From Penicillus capitatus (taxonomy: Eukaryota; Plantae; Chlorophyta), in contig OZ287698.1 in the NCBI GenBank assembly GCA_965649825.1, positions 1,317,949-1,381,948 on the forward strand: a DNA stretch of 64,000 nt, in the 5' to 3' direction. The notes under the pieces were generated by a model, which searched no databases, had not been told where the DNA came from, and saw only the letters and a program-made list of their open reading frames with translations. Within the stretch, counting starts at the first letter, position 1. Each line of letters begins with the position of its first letter. A program made the translations under genes and the position numbers. This document shows positions 44,401 through 59,400 of this stretch, piece by piece.

Positions 44401-47400
44401 TGGAAGGCAGACATGTCTCTCCCAAACTTTGTTGACTGCCACTCCCAAAATGTTCGCGAACACTCTCAAAGTATTCTTTGATTTTCTGATAAGTGACTGG
44501 GGTCTCGTCCGATTCTCGAATCGAGCCTTCTGCGTACTGAGCACATGTTTCTGGGGCTTTTTCAGGACTGCTGAGAAGAACATCTGTTGCTTTTTCTTCA
44601 GACAATGTCCATTCAGATCTTAGCACTTGCATCTCACTGAGTATCAGAAGAGAGAGCGCCTGGAAGGTGGATGTATGATTCTGGAATGCTAGGAGAAGAC
44701 GGAGATCTGGCAGACAATCATCAGAATTCCCCCAGAGAGGACTGCTTGCTTCACTGGATTTTGAACATAGTCGCATCATCTGATGTGCAGCAGAAGAAGC
44801 AGATCCCACGTATGTCAAGATAACAACATTGTGTCTCAGCGGAAGGCACAGTGACAGGTCATCTTCGATCAGGTAATCATCTTCAGACTGAATTTGCAAT
44901 GTCTCTACGATCCACCCCGAAGCCTCCCCTGCCTTCAATTCGATTTGAGTAACCACACAGTTGTGTTTTGGCTGATACTCTAGTGGCATATCATCCGAGC
45001 CAAAGTTCCATGGTCCCCTTGTGTCAGACCCTGTCTGCCTGATTGCCATTTTTGACTTTAGTGTCAGAAACTGAATCTGGGACATCTCGACTGGACGAGT
45101 CTTTATCAGAACATGTTTCTTGGTTATAATCTTCAGCTCTTTTGTCTTCTGGCCGTTGACATTGACAGGGGCGAAGAAGAAATTGCGAGGACATAACTTC
45201 AGCTCATTAAAACCAGGCATCTTCAAATGCACTGTGAACTTGAGTTTCTTCTGGTTCTCGGTGGTGAAAACAACTGTGGATTCCCTTACTCGAAGAGTCC
45301 TCACTTCCCAATACATTTTGATTCTCGTGCGGCTGCAGGGATTCAGGACATAGTGTGGCTGATCGAAGGTGAAATGTTCACTGCTGGGTGGATAAATCTC
45401 TACACGGACGTTGGCCGTGTTGTTAATAATGTTTGCTGCCTCCAGTGTGACTGATCTGCATCCCTTCTCAATGGCCTGCAAATGTAATCGCTCCATTTCG
45501 AAGTCGACATCCATCTCCAGGAACTGTGGCTTTGGTTCCATCCACTTTCCTTCAACTATCAGTTTCTTTTTGATGCATCCTTCGATTTGGATATTGAGTC
45601 CCTGCTGCAGTGAACCGACTCCTTGGTTTCTCATTGAGAGTAAGATGTCAGAGGATGTCTCGTGAACACCAACAGTGCCGGAAACCCCAATGACCTTCAG
45701 CACCGACGATGACGGAGTAAGACGGTAGACAACAGGAACTGTCCCTATATTTCGAATACGAATGGCTGCCTGTGTTTTCTTTCCTGATGTAATCACTGGT
45801 AAGCGAAATATTTTCCTTCTAATTAAGAGCCCTGTGTCTGTCACCAACTCATATTGTGGCTGTGTGACTTGAGCAATGATCGGAATGTGTTTCATGTTGC
45901 CAAGGATTCCAATGATCATTTCAGTGTCAACCTTCTCATCCATGTTACCAGGACTCATCGTCACTGTCAGAGATTGAGAACTGCGTGCATCCAAGTGGAA
46001 GGATTGTGGAGAGATCGTGAACTGAGTTCGTGTCTGGCTGAACTGCACTTGACCCTTGACCAAGAGAGGAAAATCAGTCACATTATCGATCTTCAAGGTC
46101 TGTTCAATGTCCTGATTGTTGGGGACAACCGTGCCAAAATCAATGGCATCTGTACTCAGTTGTACGGCCAGCCGCTGGACTTCGACGATCATCTTAAATC
46201 TGGCATCCAGTCTTTTGTCGTCGGATGTTATCTTCCACATCTCTGCAATCTTGCCCGTGGCATTCAAATCTATCTTGAATATGAAGTGCCAACGGGTCTT
46301 TCTAGAAAGTACAACAGTCGCTGGCCCGGTCTTGTGAAACAACTGGGAAGACGGATCAATCGCTGAGAGATGAACACGGACAGATTCATTGGTCCGATTC
46401 TCCACTTCGACATCATGGACGTGAGAGCTCGGAGCTGATACTGGGGCATCGTTCTGATGAAGGACAATGCCGAAATCCACTGTGCAATCTAAACTGCTCA
46501 GTGATAACGTTCCGTCTTCCTCACAGATCATAATCTTCGAAGTGTGGCGAAGCTTTGTGCCGTGAAGAATGTTCATCGCATTCTTCCTCAGTCTTTGGGT
46601 GACCTTCATTTTCTCGTCAAGCCGCTGCACAAGTCTTATGCAATCTGTTCGAGCCCTCCCAATGGACAGTGCCACTTCCAACTGCGACTCCCAGTGCAGC
46701 AGCGTATCCTGGTCAAATGGAGAGAAGGATTTCTCAAGGGAACTTTTCCATTCTTGGCAATGATTCTCATCAATCTTCAGTTCTTTTTCTGATGTAAGAC
46801 AAACAGCGTGTTGACATATCTCAGCAGCGTAGAGCTCAAACAAGGTGAGCTTGGCTTCCTTTCCAATGCACTGGAGTTCATTGATGTCGAGCTTCAGCTG
46901 TTCCAGTACAGACTGCATCGTAGTCGTCCATACAGACTCCATCTCCCTCGGTGAAACATCGGCCAGAGACGGTACTTCTTCGACAAGTTTCATCGGAATA
47001 TCAGAATCCACCTCTGGTGGAGATTTGAAGATGAGTGACAGTATCTCGATTCCAACGTTCACGGCATCCATGTGTTGTGTTTGAGCTTCTGTCACGTTAA
47101 GACTGTTCAGGATCTGGTCCAATGCGTGTGAAATACTTTCCGCAAATCTTTTTCCCTTTATCACGGCTTTCACATGCCATGCATTGTTTATATACATCTG
47201 ATCACTCTCACTGAATACAGACGTTTCATTTGTTTCTTCTGCACACCGCTGAAATTTTCTTTCGATTTCCAGGCAATTCGCGAACTGTTTGTAGAGGTCA
47301 TCGTATTCGTGGTAGTGATTCCAGAGCCCCCCGAGGAAGTGACTATAGACTTCATCTGCCCGTGTAAAATTCTGTGTCCCAATGACTCTAGATGAAGACG

Positions 47401-50400
47401 AGTTTCTTATGTACATCTGTTGTGTCACGGCACGGAATGCAATTCGATATCCTCCCGGTTGCCCGAACATCGCCGTCATTTCATGTAATTGATGCAGTTG
47501 GCGCCCAGAAAGTTGTCTCTTGAGGAAGTACCGATGCTCTCGAAAAACAGTGATTGTTAGTCTAAAGAATGATGGGTTTGAAACGATAAACATCATGTTT
47601 TCAAGACAGCTGAGCTTCCTGCTTCTGTCATAGTGAAAGGGACCACCTTGACCGCCAGCGCACTCTACTTCGAGCTTGCTTCCAACCGTATCAAAGAAAC
47701 CGTCATCGAACTCCCAAGATTCCAGTTTGACGACCAGTGGGATAACCTTCAAACCCATCTTTTTCAGCTTTAGAGGTTTTTTGGCAACTGTGTTCCGGTG
47801 AATAGATTTCTGTTTATCCAGAATATCTTGCAACTGTTTAGAATGGTTCAGGAACACCGATCGCGGATTTGCATACCAGTTTGGTTGCATTTCACTTTGA
47901 TAGCTTGCATCAATTTCGCCCCAGAACTCAGCATACAACTTTGCCGTTTCTTTTGCTTTCTGACGCAACTTCCTACCAAGTTCTCTTGTCGTTTGCTTGT
48001 TCTTGTTCCTCGAACTCTCTTGTTCCTTGTGTGCATCCTCTTTAAGTCGCTTCATGTTATCAAGGAGAGCCGAGAGTTCGCTCCGGTACTCTTCTTCATG
48101 TTTTTCACATGCCTGCAAAGGTGCTTTTGCATTTCTGATGCATTCTTTGAGTTCCTCGATGGTATCAGCACTGGATTTTTTCATCCCTTCTGAAAGTTTT
48201 TCACAAAAATGCACTAAGTGACTGCTTGTTATGTCTAGGATGTGCTGCGCAGAGATACCAAAAGGAAGATCAGCTGATAGAAGACTTGAAACATCTGTCT
48301 GCATGAGATTCTTTGAGTCGCTCACCAGCGATTCAATCATTTCGATTCCAACTGCAGAAGGAAGAGTATGGTATTCCTTCCACTTCTTCAGCGTTTTTTG
48401 CACTGCTCCAGTCAACAACTGGGATGCAAGCGATGCCATGGACTTCAGGACTTCAATCTTATGATCTGAGAAATCTTTCAAGACAGTAGTCGTGTTTGCT
48501 TCTAAGAGTGTTGCTTGAAGTGACGGTATATCCTGAAAATCGGCCAGGACAATTACAGATTTGAGATCACTCTCTCTGTGCTTCGCTGCAGCGAGACGTT
48601 CGGATAGTGGCTTGGAGGATTGTTCAGCGCCGCGTGTCTTTTCTAATGCTCTTGTGATACACAGAATGCATTCAGAGTACCACTGCTTGCACAGGTTTCC
48701 CATGTACCGAACCAGAAGTGGCTTCGGATCTCTGCGCGTCCGGATCATCACATCGGACAGATTTCTCAATTCACTCTCCAAAGTAGTGAAGGCCTGTCTG
48801 ATCTGGGAGATGTTTGCATGCACCAGATTCATTTTCAACAGGTCGACACACACACCAAGGACTCTTTTGAAACACTGAGATTCTGTACCCGTCATGCAGC
48901 CATGATGTGACCCATCAGGCGGATTGTGTAAAACTTTGTGCATTTCTGTCATGGTCTCAAGGAAAAGATGGCCGTAACAGGATACACACTGGTACAGATC
49001 AGCATTTTCAGAGATGTGATTCTCCATCAAAGAGAGCAGCTGGAAAGGATTAGACAGAGAATCGCTGTCTATTGCCGACCTGATTCCGCCAAAGCAACTC
49101 TTCCAAAGAGAAGGTAAGCGATCCAGGTCCCGCTGAAAACTGATGTTCGCGGGGGAATGCAGTGGCGGAAGTTTTCGTTTTTCAATGGCCTTTCTGTACC
49201 AGTTTGATGGATACTGGGCATCGACATGGGCATTCTAGTGTCCCACGATTCGCAGCACTGTATCTCCTGTGTATTCTACGGCAGATTTCGACTCTGTGTT
49301 CTGTGCAACGGTGCTTCTGATACTGTGGAGTTCTGTGTGGAGATGAAGAAGATCTTCCGATGCTTTCTCGATTGTGTCTTCATGGAAAGAGTGGACCGTG
49401 CATGCATTTCTGAGAGTGTCAGATCCGTCTAAAAACTCTCTTTCCAATGAAGCAATGCGGTTCAAGTCTACGGATTCTTGGGCAGAGCTGTGAGAGATGA
49501 GCTGCGTGATGCGTCTGGCTCCGAGGGAAGCAACGGTGCAGAGAGACTGCAGAGCATTGCGGAAAGGATCTCCGGTGCTCAGGCATGACAGTTCATTGCT
49601 CTTGAATTTATCCACGTCTTGACACCACTGCTCGAGGTTATCAATCAACTCTTGATCGATTTTAGCTGTATCTCTGAAAATCGAAATACCAGCTCTGGCG
49701 GCATTCTCAATGAATAGAGTGTAAGCAGCAGAAGTCTTGCTGCATGTCGCCAAGCAACTCTCAAAGAGTTCGGCATCACGGCCAAAGATGCGACTGAGCG
49801 AACGCAGCCCCCTTTGTAACAACTTTTGAAGCTTAGAGGACAGTTGCGTACACATTCTAGATTGTTGTTGTAAGAGTTGGTTCTCTGTGTCAACCATCCG
49901 GTTTTTGACTGTTCCTTTCCTCATTGCCCATTTTTCGATTTCTTCTTCAATATGTCGCAATTTGTTCAACTGTCCAGTGTGCAAATATGGAGGACCAAAA
50001 GACTTGCGTTGTTCCGCTTCTTCCTTCTCATAGCGTTTGGTCTTCAACATATCATCAATGTACTTATATTCCATTTTCACTTGCTTCGCAATTCTCTGTT
50101 CTTCAACCGAATCTGATAATTGCAGTAGCGACGACAGGATGTCAAAATTCTGCTCAGTCAGCAGAAAGGACAGCGCAATGAGCTGCAAACTGATTACTGC
50201 TTCCTTCACAGCGTTTCCGCGTACATCCGATTCCGATAAGAGTACTGCTTCCCACTCGAAACTGAGAAAGCACACGACAGCTTCGTTGACAGTGTTCGCA
50301 GTGTTAGCAAAGATAAAGACGGGCTCTGAATTCTTCTGGTAGCTATAGGACAACAGACGGCCTCTTCGACGCATCTTCTGCTCAGGATCATCTGTAGCAA

Positions 50401-53400
50401 AGTCCTGATCCGCATTAACGGTGCGATTCATTAGTGTATCTTGTATTCTCTTGAAGTCCGTACAGAAGAGAACAACGATGTCTTCCACGGAGATCCCGGG
50501 ACAAGCAAAGGAAGATGCTACTTCGGCCATCACTGAAGATTCATCCAGACAGGACGAAAGATCCATACTGAGTCTTCGCAAGGTATTGAAGACAGGATGA
50601 GCCATCAGCATTAAACAGGAGTTGTTTTCTGCGCACAATGATTTGATGGTGTGCACTGCGTCTTTCACTGCTTGGATCCTACTCGGATGAAGCATCCGAT
50701 GTTGTTCTCTGAGAAGAAAATTTGCCTTGGCGTTCATCAACTCGGCAAGGACGGTTTGGAACAGGTTATTGCAGATATCAGAGGTGTATGCATGAAACTT
50801 CAGTCGAACGGACAGAGAACCAAAGACTCCCAGATCTGATAGTTCTTCCAAGACATCTTTCTTCTTACTGAGGTCGTCATCCTCAGAATCGTATCTTCTC
50901 AGGACGCCGATGCTCCTCTGCAGACGTGCATGGAATGCTGTGCACTTGGCCGTCGATATCAGAGTCTTCATAGAATGCTCCGTTTGATACGTGAGAGAAT
51001 CAATGTGTCTAACGATGTCCACGTGGGGATTCTCAACTGGATGCTCTGAAGGAGATGCCCTCGAAGAAATGAACGACAAATCGCAGCTCTGCAGACAAAT
51101 GGATCGATTTCGCTTGAAGATTTCACACTCCTTGAACAAGAATGGTAAACGGCGAGCATCCTCTTTCTCTATCACAGACTGACTCAGTTCATCTTCAAGG
51201 CTGTTGAACCTGTTCTGGTACTGGACTAGCAGAGTTTTGCTGTTTTGTACTGAATCCCGTGTTGTCAGTGCGGTGAGCGACGTAGCAGCTTCTTCCATCA
51301 CTGCTTTGGCCGTGGATTCTCTGGCTCTGAGCCAGAGTTTTTCGAATCCAGCTGTCAGATTCGACACAATGTCGCTTAATCTTTCGCTGTCAGTTCCGTT
51401 CTCGGGAAAGGGTTCAATTGATGAAGAGCTTGCATCCTTTGTAATCTGGAAACAATCTGACCTCATCTTATCCGTGACTTCTGTCTGCAAGAAATCGAAG
51501 TATTGATCCTTAAGTCGCAAGAACACTTCATTGAGATTGTTCTCCTCCAGTGCTGCTTTAGAAATGTCCAGATGTTCAACAAGAGCTTTAAAACTGTCTT
51601 GCCAGTCTTCGAAGTCATACTCTGATTTCTTTCTGTCGAGCTCTGTTCCGTGTCCATCCACGATTAGGAATGCATTGAAATAAGCAATGGAGGCGGAGAC
51701 GAACGTCGACACAGAATCGCACTTAAGCCACAGGACTGGATCTGTTGGGTCTAGACATCCCAGAGAATATTCAATCAAGAATTCTCGAAGGCGCAGAATC
51801 GGACAGATGAGGTCCAGCACGAAGAACAGATCTTTGTAGATTGCCTGAATGGCATGCTCCACTTCAGATCCTCTCTGTACAAGATCCTCATTGGGAAACC
51901 TCTTCAATTCCTTAAACTGTTTGAGAAAACTGTAAGCGATGGAGGCCGATTCTCGATTGCTTCGTGTTGTCAAATGTTTGATGCTTACTATGCTTTCCTT
52001 GATTTCAGATTCAATTCGTGCCATAGTTTGCTTGCCAAAGAGATCATTTATGGATAGTATGTCCGACTCTCGCTTGATACCTCTGTGCTGGAGTCGGACG
52101 AGAATGGAATCGAGCTTCAGAATACCGTGATACAGCAAAGATACCGGGACGGGATCTTGAGATTTGCCGCGGCTTTTCACCTTCTCCACCAAGACGTTCC
52201 AGAAACGAACGGTTTTGGAAATAAGCGCGGTGTCGAGACAAGGATAATGCTGGTCATATGACTGAAGCTTGGCAAGGCAGTCTATTAGACCACTGCCCAA
52301 ACGTGACATGGATTCTGAAGTTATCTTTGTTTCGGGAAGCTGTTGTGTGCTGAAAAAGTCAATCTCATACTCTGTATGTTTCTCCATCCAGTTCTTCAGC
52401 CATACATTCTGTGAAATCTCACTCTGTCCGCGACGATGATGTTGTACAGTCAGAGCTGTTTTCGCGCCAGCGTTCGAGGCCTTCCTCTCAAAAACAACAA
52501 GCGATACCAGTGCCGCGATTCCTGGTCTACTGCTGTTTTCGATTCCTTGTCTACTGCTCAGCTCTGCACAAAGAATGGCAGCAGAGATGAAACTCTCTTT
52601 GCTCCTAAACGGATCAAATGAGATGTTCTCCTCGGTACACAGGATGATCTGACAAGGAATCGGATTCTGCCACTCTGAGAAGCAGACACCAAGCCATATC
52701 AGGGAAAGCTCGTTGACATAAAAATGCTGCGATCGATCTTTCATTCTCAGACCCAACAAAGTAGGGAAACCCGTGTCGAGATCCAGAGGCTTTCCTTCTA
52801 TCTCTCTGTACGTTGAGAGATCATTTAAGAGTTTTGCATGAAATTCCACAGTTGCTATCCATTCGTCCGAAAACAGGAATACAGCGTCTTCTGACTGCAT
52901 AAGCATATCGACCTGCTCGATGAGAGACGTCACGTCAGGACCTGTGTCATTCTCAGGGACGTCGTCTTCGTCGGAATCTTCCAGAAGATAACGATGTTTC
53001 TGACCATAGAAGAGCCACATGGACTTTCCAACGAAATCCACAGCGTGTTGCCAAAACCTCCGTTGTTTCTTGGTTACCTTGAAGATTTTTGAAGCCTCAT
53101 CAACGACCTTCTGTAGGTCTCTGATAATGTTTGATTCACACAGGAGTCTCTGTAGGACGAGTATCTGTCCAGTACTTGCTGTGTCGGGCTGAATCATCAA
53201 AAGACGTTCATCCATCATCAGCATCGTTCTCCATCTTAGAGATGTCATGGCGATCTGCAGCGCCATCTGCCTGCAATCTTCAGCAGGATTCCCATCATTC
53301 TTCAAGAGATTCGTGATGACACGTCTGAGCTTCGTGTCCGGCGAGGCCACTTTTTCTGACAGAAGCTTCTCCAAGTTGTAGCTTACTGCCGGGTCAGAAC

Positions 53401-56400
53401 ATTCGCTCTGCGCCAGAAGCAATCTCTCGTAACAAGATGTGAAAGAGAGATCCTCAAGCGGGGCAAAATAAATGGAGAGATCTTCCACAGTACGCCATTG
53501 CCGCGCGATCCCCCTGACCTTCTCGACGCCTGAAGACTGAGACTGTCGTAACGGAACAGCTTCCAACAAATCAGCGAGCTCCTGGAGCACATCGGTCATA
53601 TCTTGAATCATGAAGCGTCTGCTCTGCCAGTCGGTGTATGTGGAGTTGGCAACAAGCTGTTTACACAGAGACAAAAGCTCCTCTGGATGATCGTAGATAT
53701 AATCCATCTTCCGCATCTCACCATGGGTGACGGCCTTGAAAAACTCCTTTACACAATCACATCCAATCACGTCACAGAGGTGATTGAGTTCAGCCTCATT
53801 CCTTGCTTCTTTGGGAACTTCTTCTGCCAGCTTCCTGATCATCATCTCCTCTTGTGGATACAGCTTTACAGCTATCCGATTTAGAACGTGAAGAACGAGA
53901 CTTTCAAACACATCCATGTCTGAGATCTTCATTATGCATTCAAACAGAATCTTAAGCGAAATATGGACGCCTGTTGCAAAGATCAGACGGATGTTTTCGC
54001 TCTCTGTCAGAAAAGTCTTAACAGCATCTCTATTCTGTCGAATGGCATAAAATTTGGATGGTGGCACCACTGCTGTCGCCTCACAAGCCCTTTGAATGAC
54101 TTCCTTTAGTTTGATCCAATCTGCTTCATCTTCTAGGACGGATGCATAGATCCTCCACGCTCCCCAGACAACAGCATTGAACACAGGTTGATCATTCTTG
54201 AGAAGAGAGGTGACGAGAGAGGCGGCTTCTAGTAGGGTACGGAAACTTATGCCAGAGTCCTTTGCGATTGTAATCTCGCAGTTCTTAGCAAATTCTTTGA
54301 CTCTTGCATGGACAAAGGAGAGCAGACGTGCAGCCATGTTGCCTCCAGCATGCGAAGCAAACTTCTCTGAGATAATCTCGACGACTTCATGTCCCTCCAG
54401 CGATTCGAATGTTGCTTTGGAGATTCCCGCATCAATCTCGGGTAGCCAGATTTTGATCATTCTGTTCAGAAGTGGGTTGGACAGCTTGTATGTGTTGATC
54501 CTCCCACGATCCGCTGTCGCAAAAAGGCGAGTATGTGGATGAATACCGTGGTTTCTGAACAACTTTTCCCCTTCTGCGTGTTCGTAGAGGTTCAAGAAGG
54601 GCTCTTCTTCAAAGAGTGAAAGCACTCGTTCGATCACTTCTGGTGGTGCGGCATTGATGTTGTCGAACAGAACGAATGTTCCAGATTTAAGAGCCTTAAC
54701 GAGATCAGAGGTCACAAAACGGAAGACGATGGTTTCTTCCGCATCCTGCAAGACCAACAGTTTGCTGGAGACCCCGTGCAGTTCTTTAGCAAATGGTAAG
54801 CTCGAGCCTCGATCAACTTCTTCCAAGAAATCCAGTACATCTGTCAGTCCTTGAATAAGTTCTCGGATGGTTTCCGGATCGAGCCTGACAATTTGTCGGT
54901 CATTCACCTCTTCTTGGGATAGAAGGCTGATGTCAAATGTCTTCTTCATCGCTCGATAAAACGCAATCTGCTTCTCTTTGGATCCCTTTTCGCAAAGCTC
55001 AACTCCAGCTTTCATGATTCTATTGCGAAGGTGCAGCAATTTCTGGAGTGCTTCGCTATGAATAGAATCCGTTCTCGCAGGTAACCACTGGCCAATTAAA
55101 TCGGACACCTCATACTCTCTGTGCAGTGAGAGCAGCAACAACGGTCGGCCTGTCAAGGAAGCTAGCTCTTTCACCAGACATGTCTTCTTGGAGCATGTGG
55201 GTCCCTCTAACAAGACAGTCCTAGTGGACTGACTCGCCGCCGCCAGCAATTCAAGTTGTGCAACTGTCTCTTTTGTGTGCACCAGACATCCATTAGATGC
55301 ACGATTGGGATTCTTGTTGAGGTAAACTCTTCCGATGCGCACGAGATTGCTGACAGATGTATCGATAGACGTGCTGTTTACCTCGTCGGCCAGGAGCTTT
55401 GGCGGTTTGATGATAGCATCAATGGCCTTCTGGACACATGCCTGAGCTGTCTGGTCCTCGAATCGATGCTTGAAGACGAGCTGCAATGCATTGCGGAGAA
55501 CAGAGTTAATCACAGATGCCTTGTCTCCCTTTGAAAGTTCCTCCCTTGAACTACTCGTGGCAACAATCTTGTAGTGGGACAATTGGTCGTTGACATTGCT
55601 GGCGACAATGTCTCTAACAGCCACGAGGTCACGCAGATTAAATCTTTGTCTTCTACTGGCGCCTTTAATCTCTCCCATTTCGACCAACGACTGCACTTTC
55701 AAAAAAACTGCGAAGAGCTGATGGACGCTGTCTTCATTGACCACGTCACGATTGATGTGGTCCCTGAAAAGCTTCTGTAGAATCTCAGACAATTCATCAT
55801 TGCCCTGAGGATGGAGCTCTACGGTTGTGAAGAGGTTCCTGATGGATCTGGAGAGTTTCGTTCTGCCTCCACCCTCAGCAGCAGGATTCATCGTGGCAAA
55901 AATGTAGACATCATTCACCGCCAGCTTCTTCGCTCCTGACTGGCCTGGAATGACCATTCCATGTTCAATTACCGATCCGTTGAGTAAGGGAACGAGAGAT
56001 TCCAACACTTGAGGTGACAGCAGATTGATTTCGTCCAACAGTATCCATCTGCCTTTTTTGATCGCCTCGACGAGTTTGCCATCCATCCACTCAAACGTTC
56101 GTCGACTGTCTTTGTACTGTGGCACGACAGACCCAAACAACTGCTCTGTTGTCGTGTCGCTCGAACAGTTGATGCGCTCGACACCTGTCTCCAAGAGCCC
56201 GGCCACTTCAATTACTGCTGCCGTCTGCAAACAAACACAGACATTGGAGATGTTTAGATACGACAACCTAATTCTGTTACTTTGCCAATCCCTGGCGGCC
56301 CTTCGAGAAGTAGAGGCGTCTTGGTACTGATAGAGGCAAAAATGCGAGCTGTGTTGTCCATGACAGTTGGAGTTGGATATAGAGATGGTTTCCACTTGTT

Positions 56401-59400
56401 ATCCTCTCTTGTTTGGCTCTCCTCAATACAGGGAAGGCTCAGTGTGAGACCTACACCATCTAATCGAGCCAGGCGATCGCCCTTGTCACTTCGATCATCG
56501 ATATTCATGGTAATAAAAGCGTCACTGTGTCCTTCAGTTACTTTTAGTGCATCGAGCTCATTTTCCAATTCTCGAACTTCGTCACTGAAGTGATTCTGGA
56601 GGATGTTCTTCTGCTTCTCTGGCGGTAATCCAGCGAGGTAAAGGTACTTGGCCCCCAGTAGGATGATTCTCTTGAAAGACATTGTTTCTCTTGGATGGTG
56701 TGTAACGAATCTGACCCATCGAAGAACTCTTCGAAAATCTGCGGATGGGTTCTCGTGCGTTTCTCCCATGGACTCGAATCGGATAGCTTGGATAGCTTTC
56801 TTCAGAGGAGGGGCACAATCATCATAATCATCTCGCAGATCACGGAAGACCTCTGCATCAACGATCGACATGATATCATCATTTGAGTATGCTGGGATAT
56901 GGATTTGCGTAATCCTGCTCTTGGTGGATGCTGAGAGACGCGGTTTTGTGGAGGAAGAAGCCAGATTTGCCGTCGCTACGAAAGCATAGTCTTTCTCAGG
57001 GATTTCAAACCGCTCAGCTCCAATTTCACTGAGAGACGAATCTTCAGGGATTGAGAACGATGGATCCACCTCCAATGCACTGTTCAGTCGTTCCGCAACA
57101 GACTGCGGACATCGATCGTAGTCCTCGATAACGCAGATGTGCTTCAAGGTGATGGCATTGACAAACGGGCCATCACAGAAGACAAAGCAACCTTGACTCT
57201 TGATGCGTTCGGCAGATGAGATAAACTCACACATCTGTTCCATCCGGCGAACTGCTCGTTTCAGGGCAACTGTGAAGTGTCCGTCAAATACCATGCTCAA
57301 CAAACTGATAACCTCCCTGACAGTTTCGCGGAGAGATTCAAATGCGCTGTACTCGGGCTCGTCGATTGGCTCACTCGTTACACGGATCTCAAAGCCTACT
57401 TCCGCGTCCGATTGTTGTTCGGAACCGTCAGATGCGGCTGTTGATTCGTCTACTCTCTGATCGGTGCCTTCTTCTTCACCATCAGATGCTCCCCAGAGGG
57501 TGTCGCTACTCGAATCATCATACGATTCTCTGTCCTCTGTACTGGATGAGTGAGGAATGCTGGATTCGCCTTCAGAATGTGCAGATTGCGTATCATTCAC
57601 TGTTGTAAAGGATTCCCGATCGTATGACATCTCTGATCTTCCTCTGAGGGTTTCGATGAGTACATTCACTCTTCTGGGTAAATCATGTGAGCAGTCTAGC
57701 CGTCGAATACTGTACTCGCGTTTCCTTGGCATGTTATTCACAGCAAGTACTCCTTCGATTTCTTTGAGAATGAAGTTGCCAATGGACAACATCATTTCGA
57801 GGACCTCTACTATCGATGCCAGATGCATTTGGCCGATCAGTTCTGTTGCTTCGGAATCCGAGGTCAAGTGTATCATCTGCGCTTTGCCCTCCATCTGAGA
57901 GATCTCTAGCCATGTTCTGATGAGTTCTGTCTTGAACGAAGACTCTCCATACAAGAGAACTGGTTCTTTTGCCTTCATTGCAAATGCCAGTTCAACAAGC
58001 TTGTCTTGAAAGATCTTGGGCGGCTGCTTTTCGATACTGTCATGTTTCCACAGACGGCTTCGATTGAGTCTGTATCCGCTGAAGGAAACACGCAGAGGCC
58101 CTTGGAAGAACAGAAGTTCATTTCTCTTCTCTTCAATGTACTTCTTCATGCAGGATCTTGCGACAACATCTGCTCCTTCTCCAAATGCCTGCTTGATAAG
58201 TGAAAAGAGCTGCACTTGCTCGTCTTCTGTTGAAACCAGGGGATTGAGCAATGACATGACGACAGCAGGCCAGGAAGTTCCATTTTTATTCTCCACTTGG
58301 AGAAACTTGAATCTGCGAACCAGCTTGATCAAGTCTCTCATAGTCAGACGGAAAGTCCCGGAAGATGCAAAGTAGAGAGTGGACAGGTTCTCTGCGTCTT
58401 CCATGGTCACAACACCTCGATACTCTTCCTTTTGGAATCGCCTGTAGATGATGTTAGCAAATTCGTCTTGCTGAAAGTCGTCGACATCCACCTCCAGAAA
58501 ACGATTTCGTACAGTGACGGGGAGAAGTTTTCTTCCATCTCCTCCTCCGTGGAAGGGATTCTGGGTTGCAAAGAATCTGAAATCTGGATGTACATTGACT
58601 GTCATGCCGGTGCCTGGAATCTGAACGATGCGTGATCCCTCCAGGAAAGGCATTAATGCTGCTGCAACAGAAAGAGGCGCAAGATTAAACTCATCTGCCA
58701 CAAACCAGTCTCCATTCTCCATCGCTTGGATGAGGACACCCTTCGAGTAACGGAATCCTGCCTTTCCAGGCAGCCATGTCCCAAAGTAGTCCTGCAATGT
58801 GGTGGTGTCGCTGTTACTCAGAATGGCGACCTTTTTGCAGAACCCGCGAAACTTTCTTAACCCACTGACCAGAGCTGTCTTCCCCACTGCTGGTTTTCCT
58901 TCGAGGAGAACTGGTTTGTTTGTACAGACACCGAGGAGGACGACATTCGCATAAGCTTTTCTTGAATCCGTCAACACCAGATCTGGATGGATATCGACGC
59001 CGTCAAGCAATTTCAGTGTGCTCATCGCATCAGGTGGACAGCTCATGTGATAGAGCAGTTCTTTTCTTTGCTGAGCGTCCTTCATGCGGAGGGCAAAGAC
59101 TGCCATCAACGCAGAATGCAGACAGTCTTTGAAATCCGTCTGGGGGTATTGCGCCATAAGATTTGTCGTGATGTCCAAGAATGTGACAAAGTGTCCGAAG
59201 TTGCTTCTTCCTCTCTTCTTGCTGAGATAGTTTCGAATCTCTAAGCAGTACATGCGAATATCTTTGACATGCACTCGACAACGTTTATCGCACAGAGAGC
59301 ATTCCAGCACAGCGCTCAGGACAGAGCCGAACTGACTGTCTGGCAGCTGACCAGGATCATCTACATGCACTGTGAGGAATCGGTTGGCGAGGGAAGCAGT

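Noticed and set aside
49235-49279. In-frame TAG between the 2386-aa and 3309-aa ORFs read as a nonsense mutation or readthrough
   Set aside because: It is the acceptor of a 45-nt GTAGAA...CACTAG phase-0 intron, a size typical here. Removing it restores the frame.
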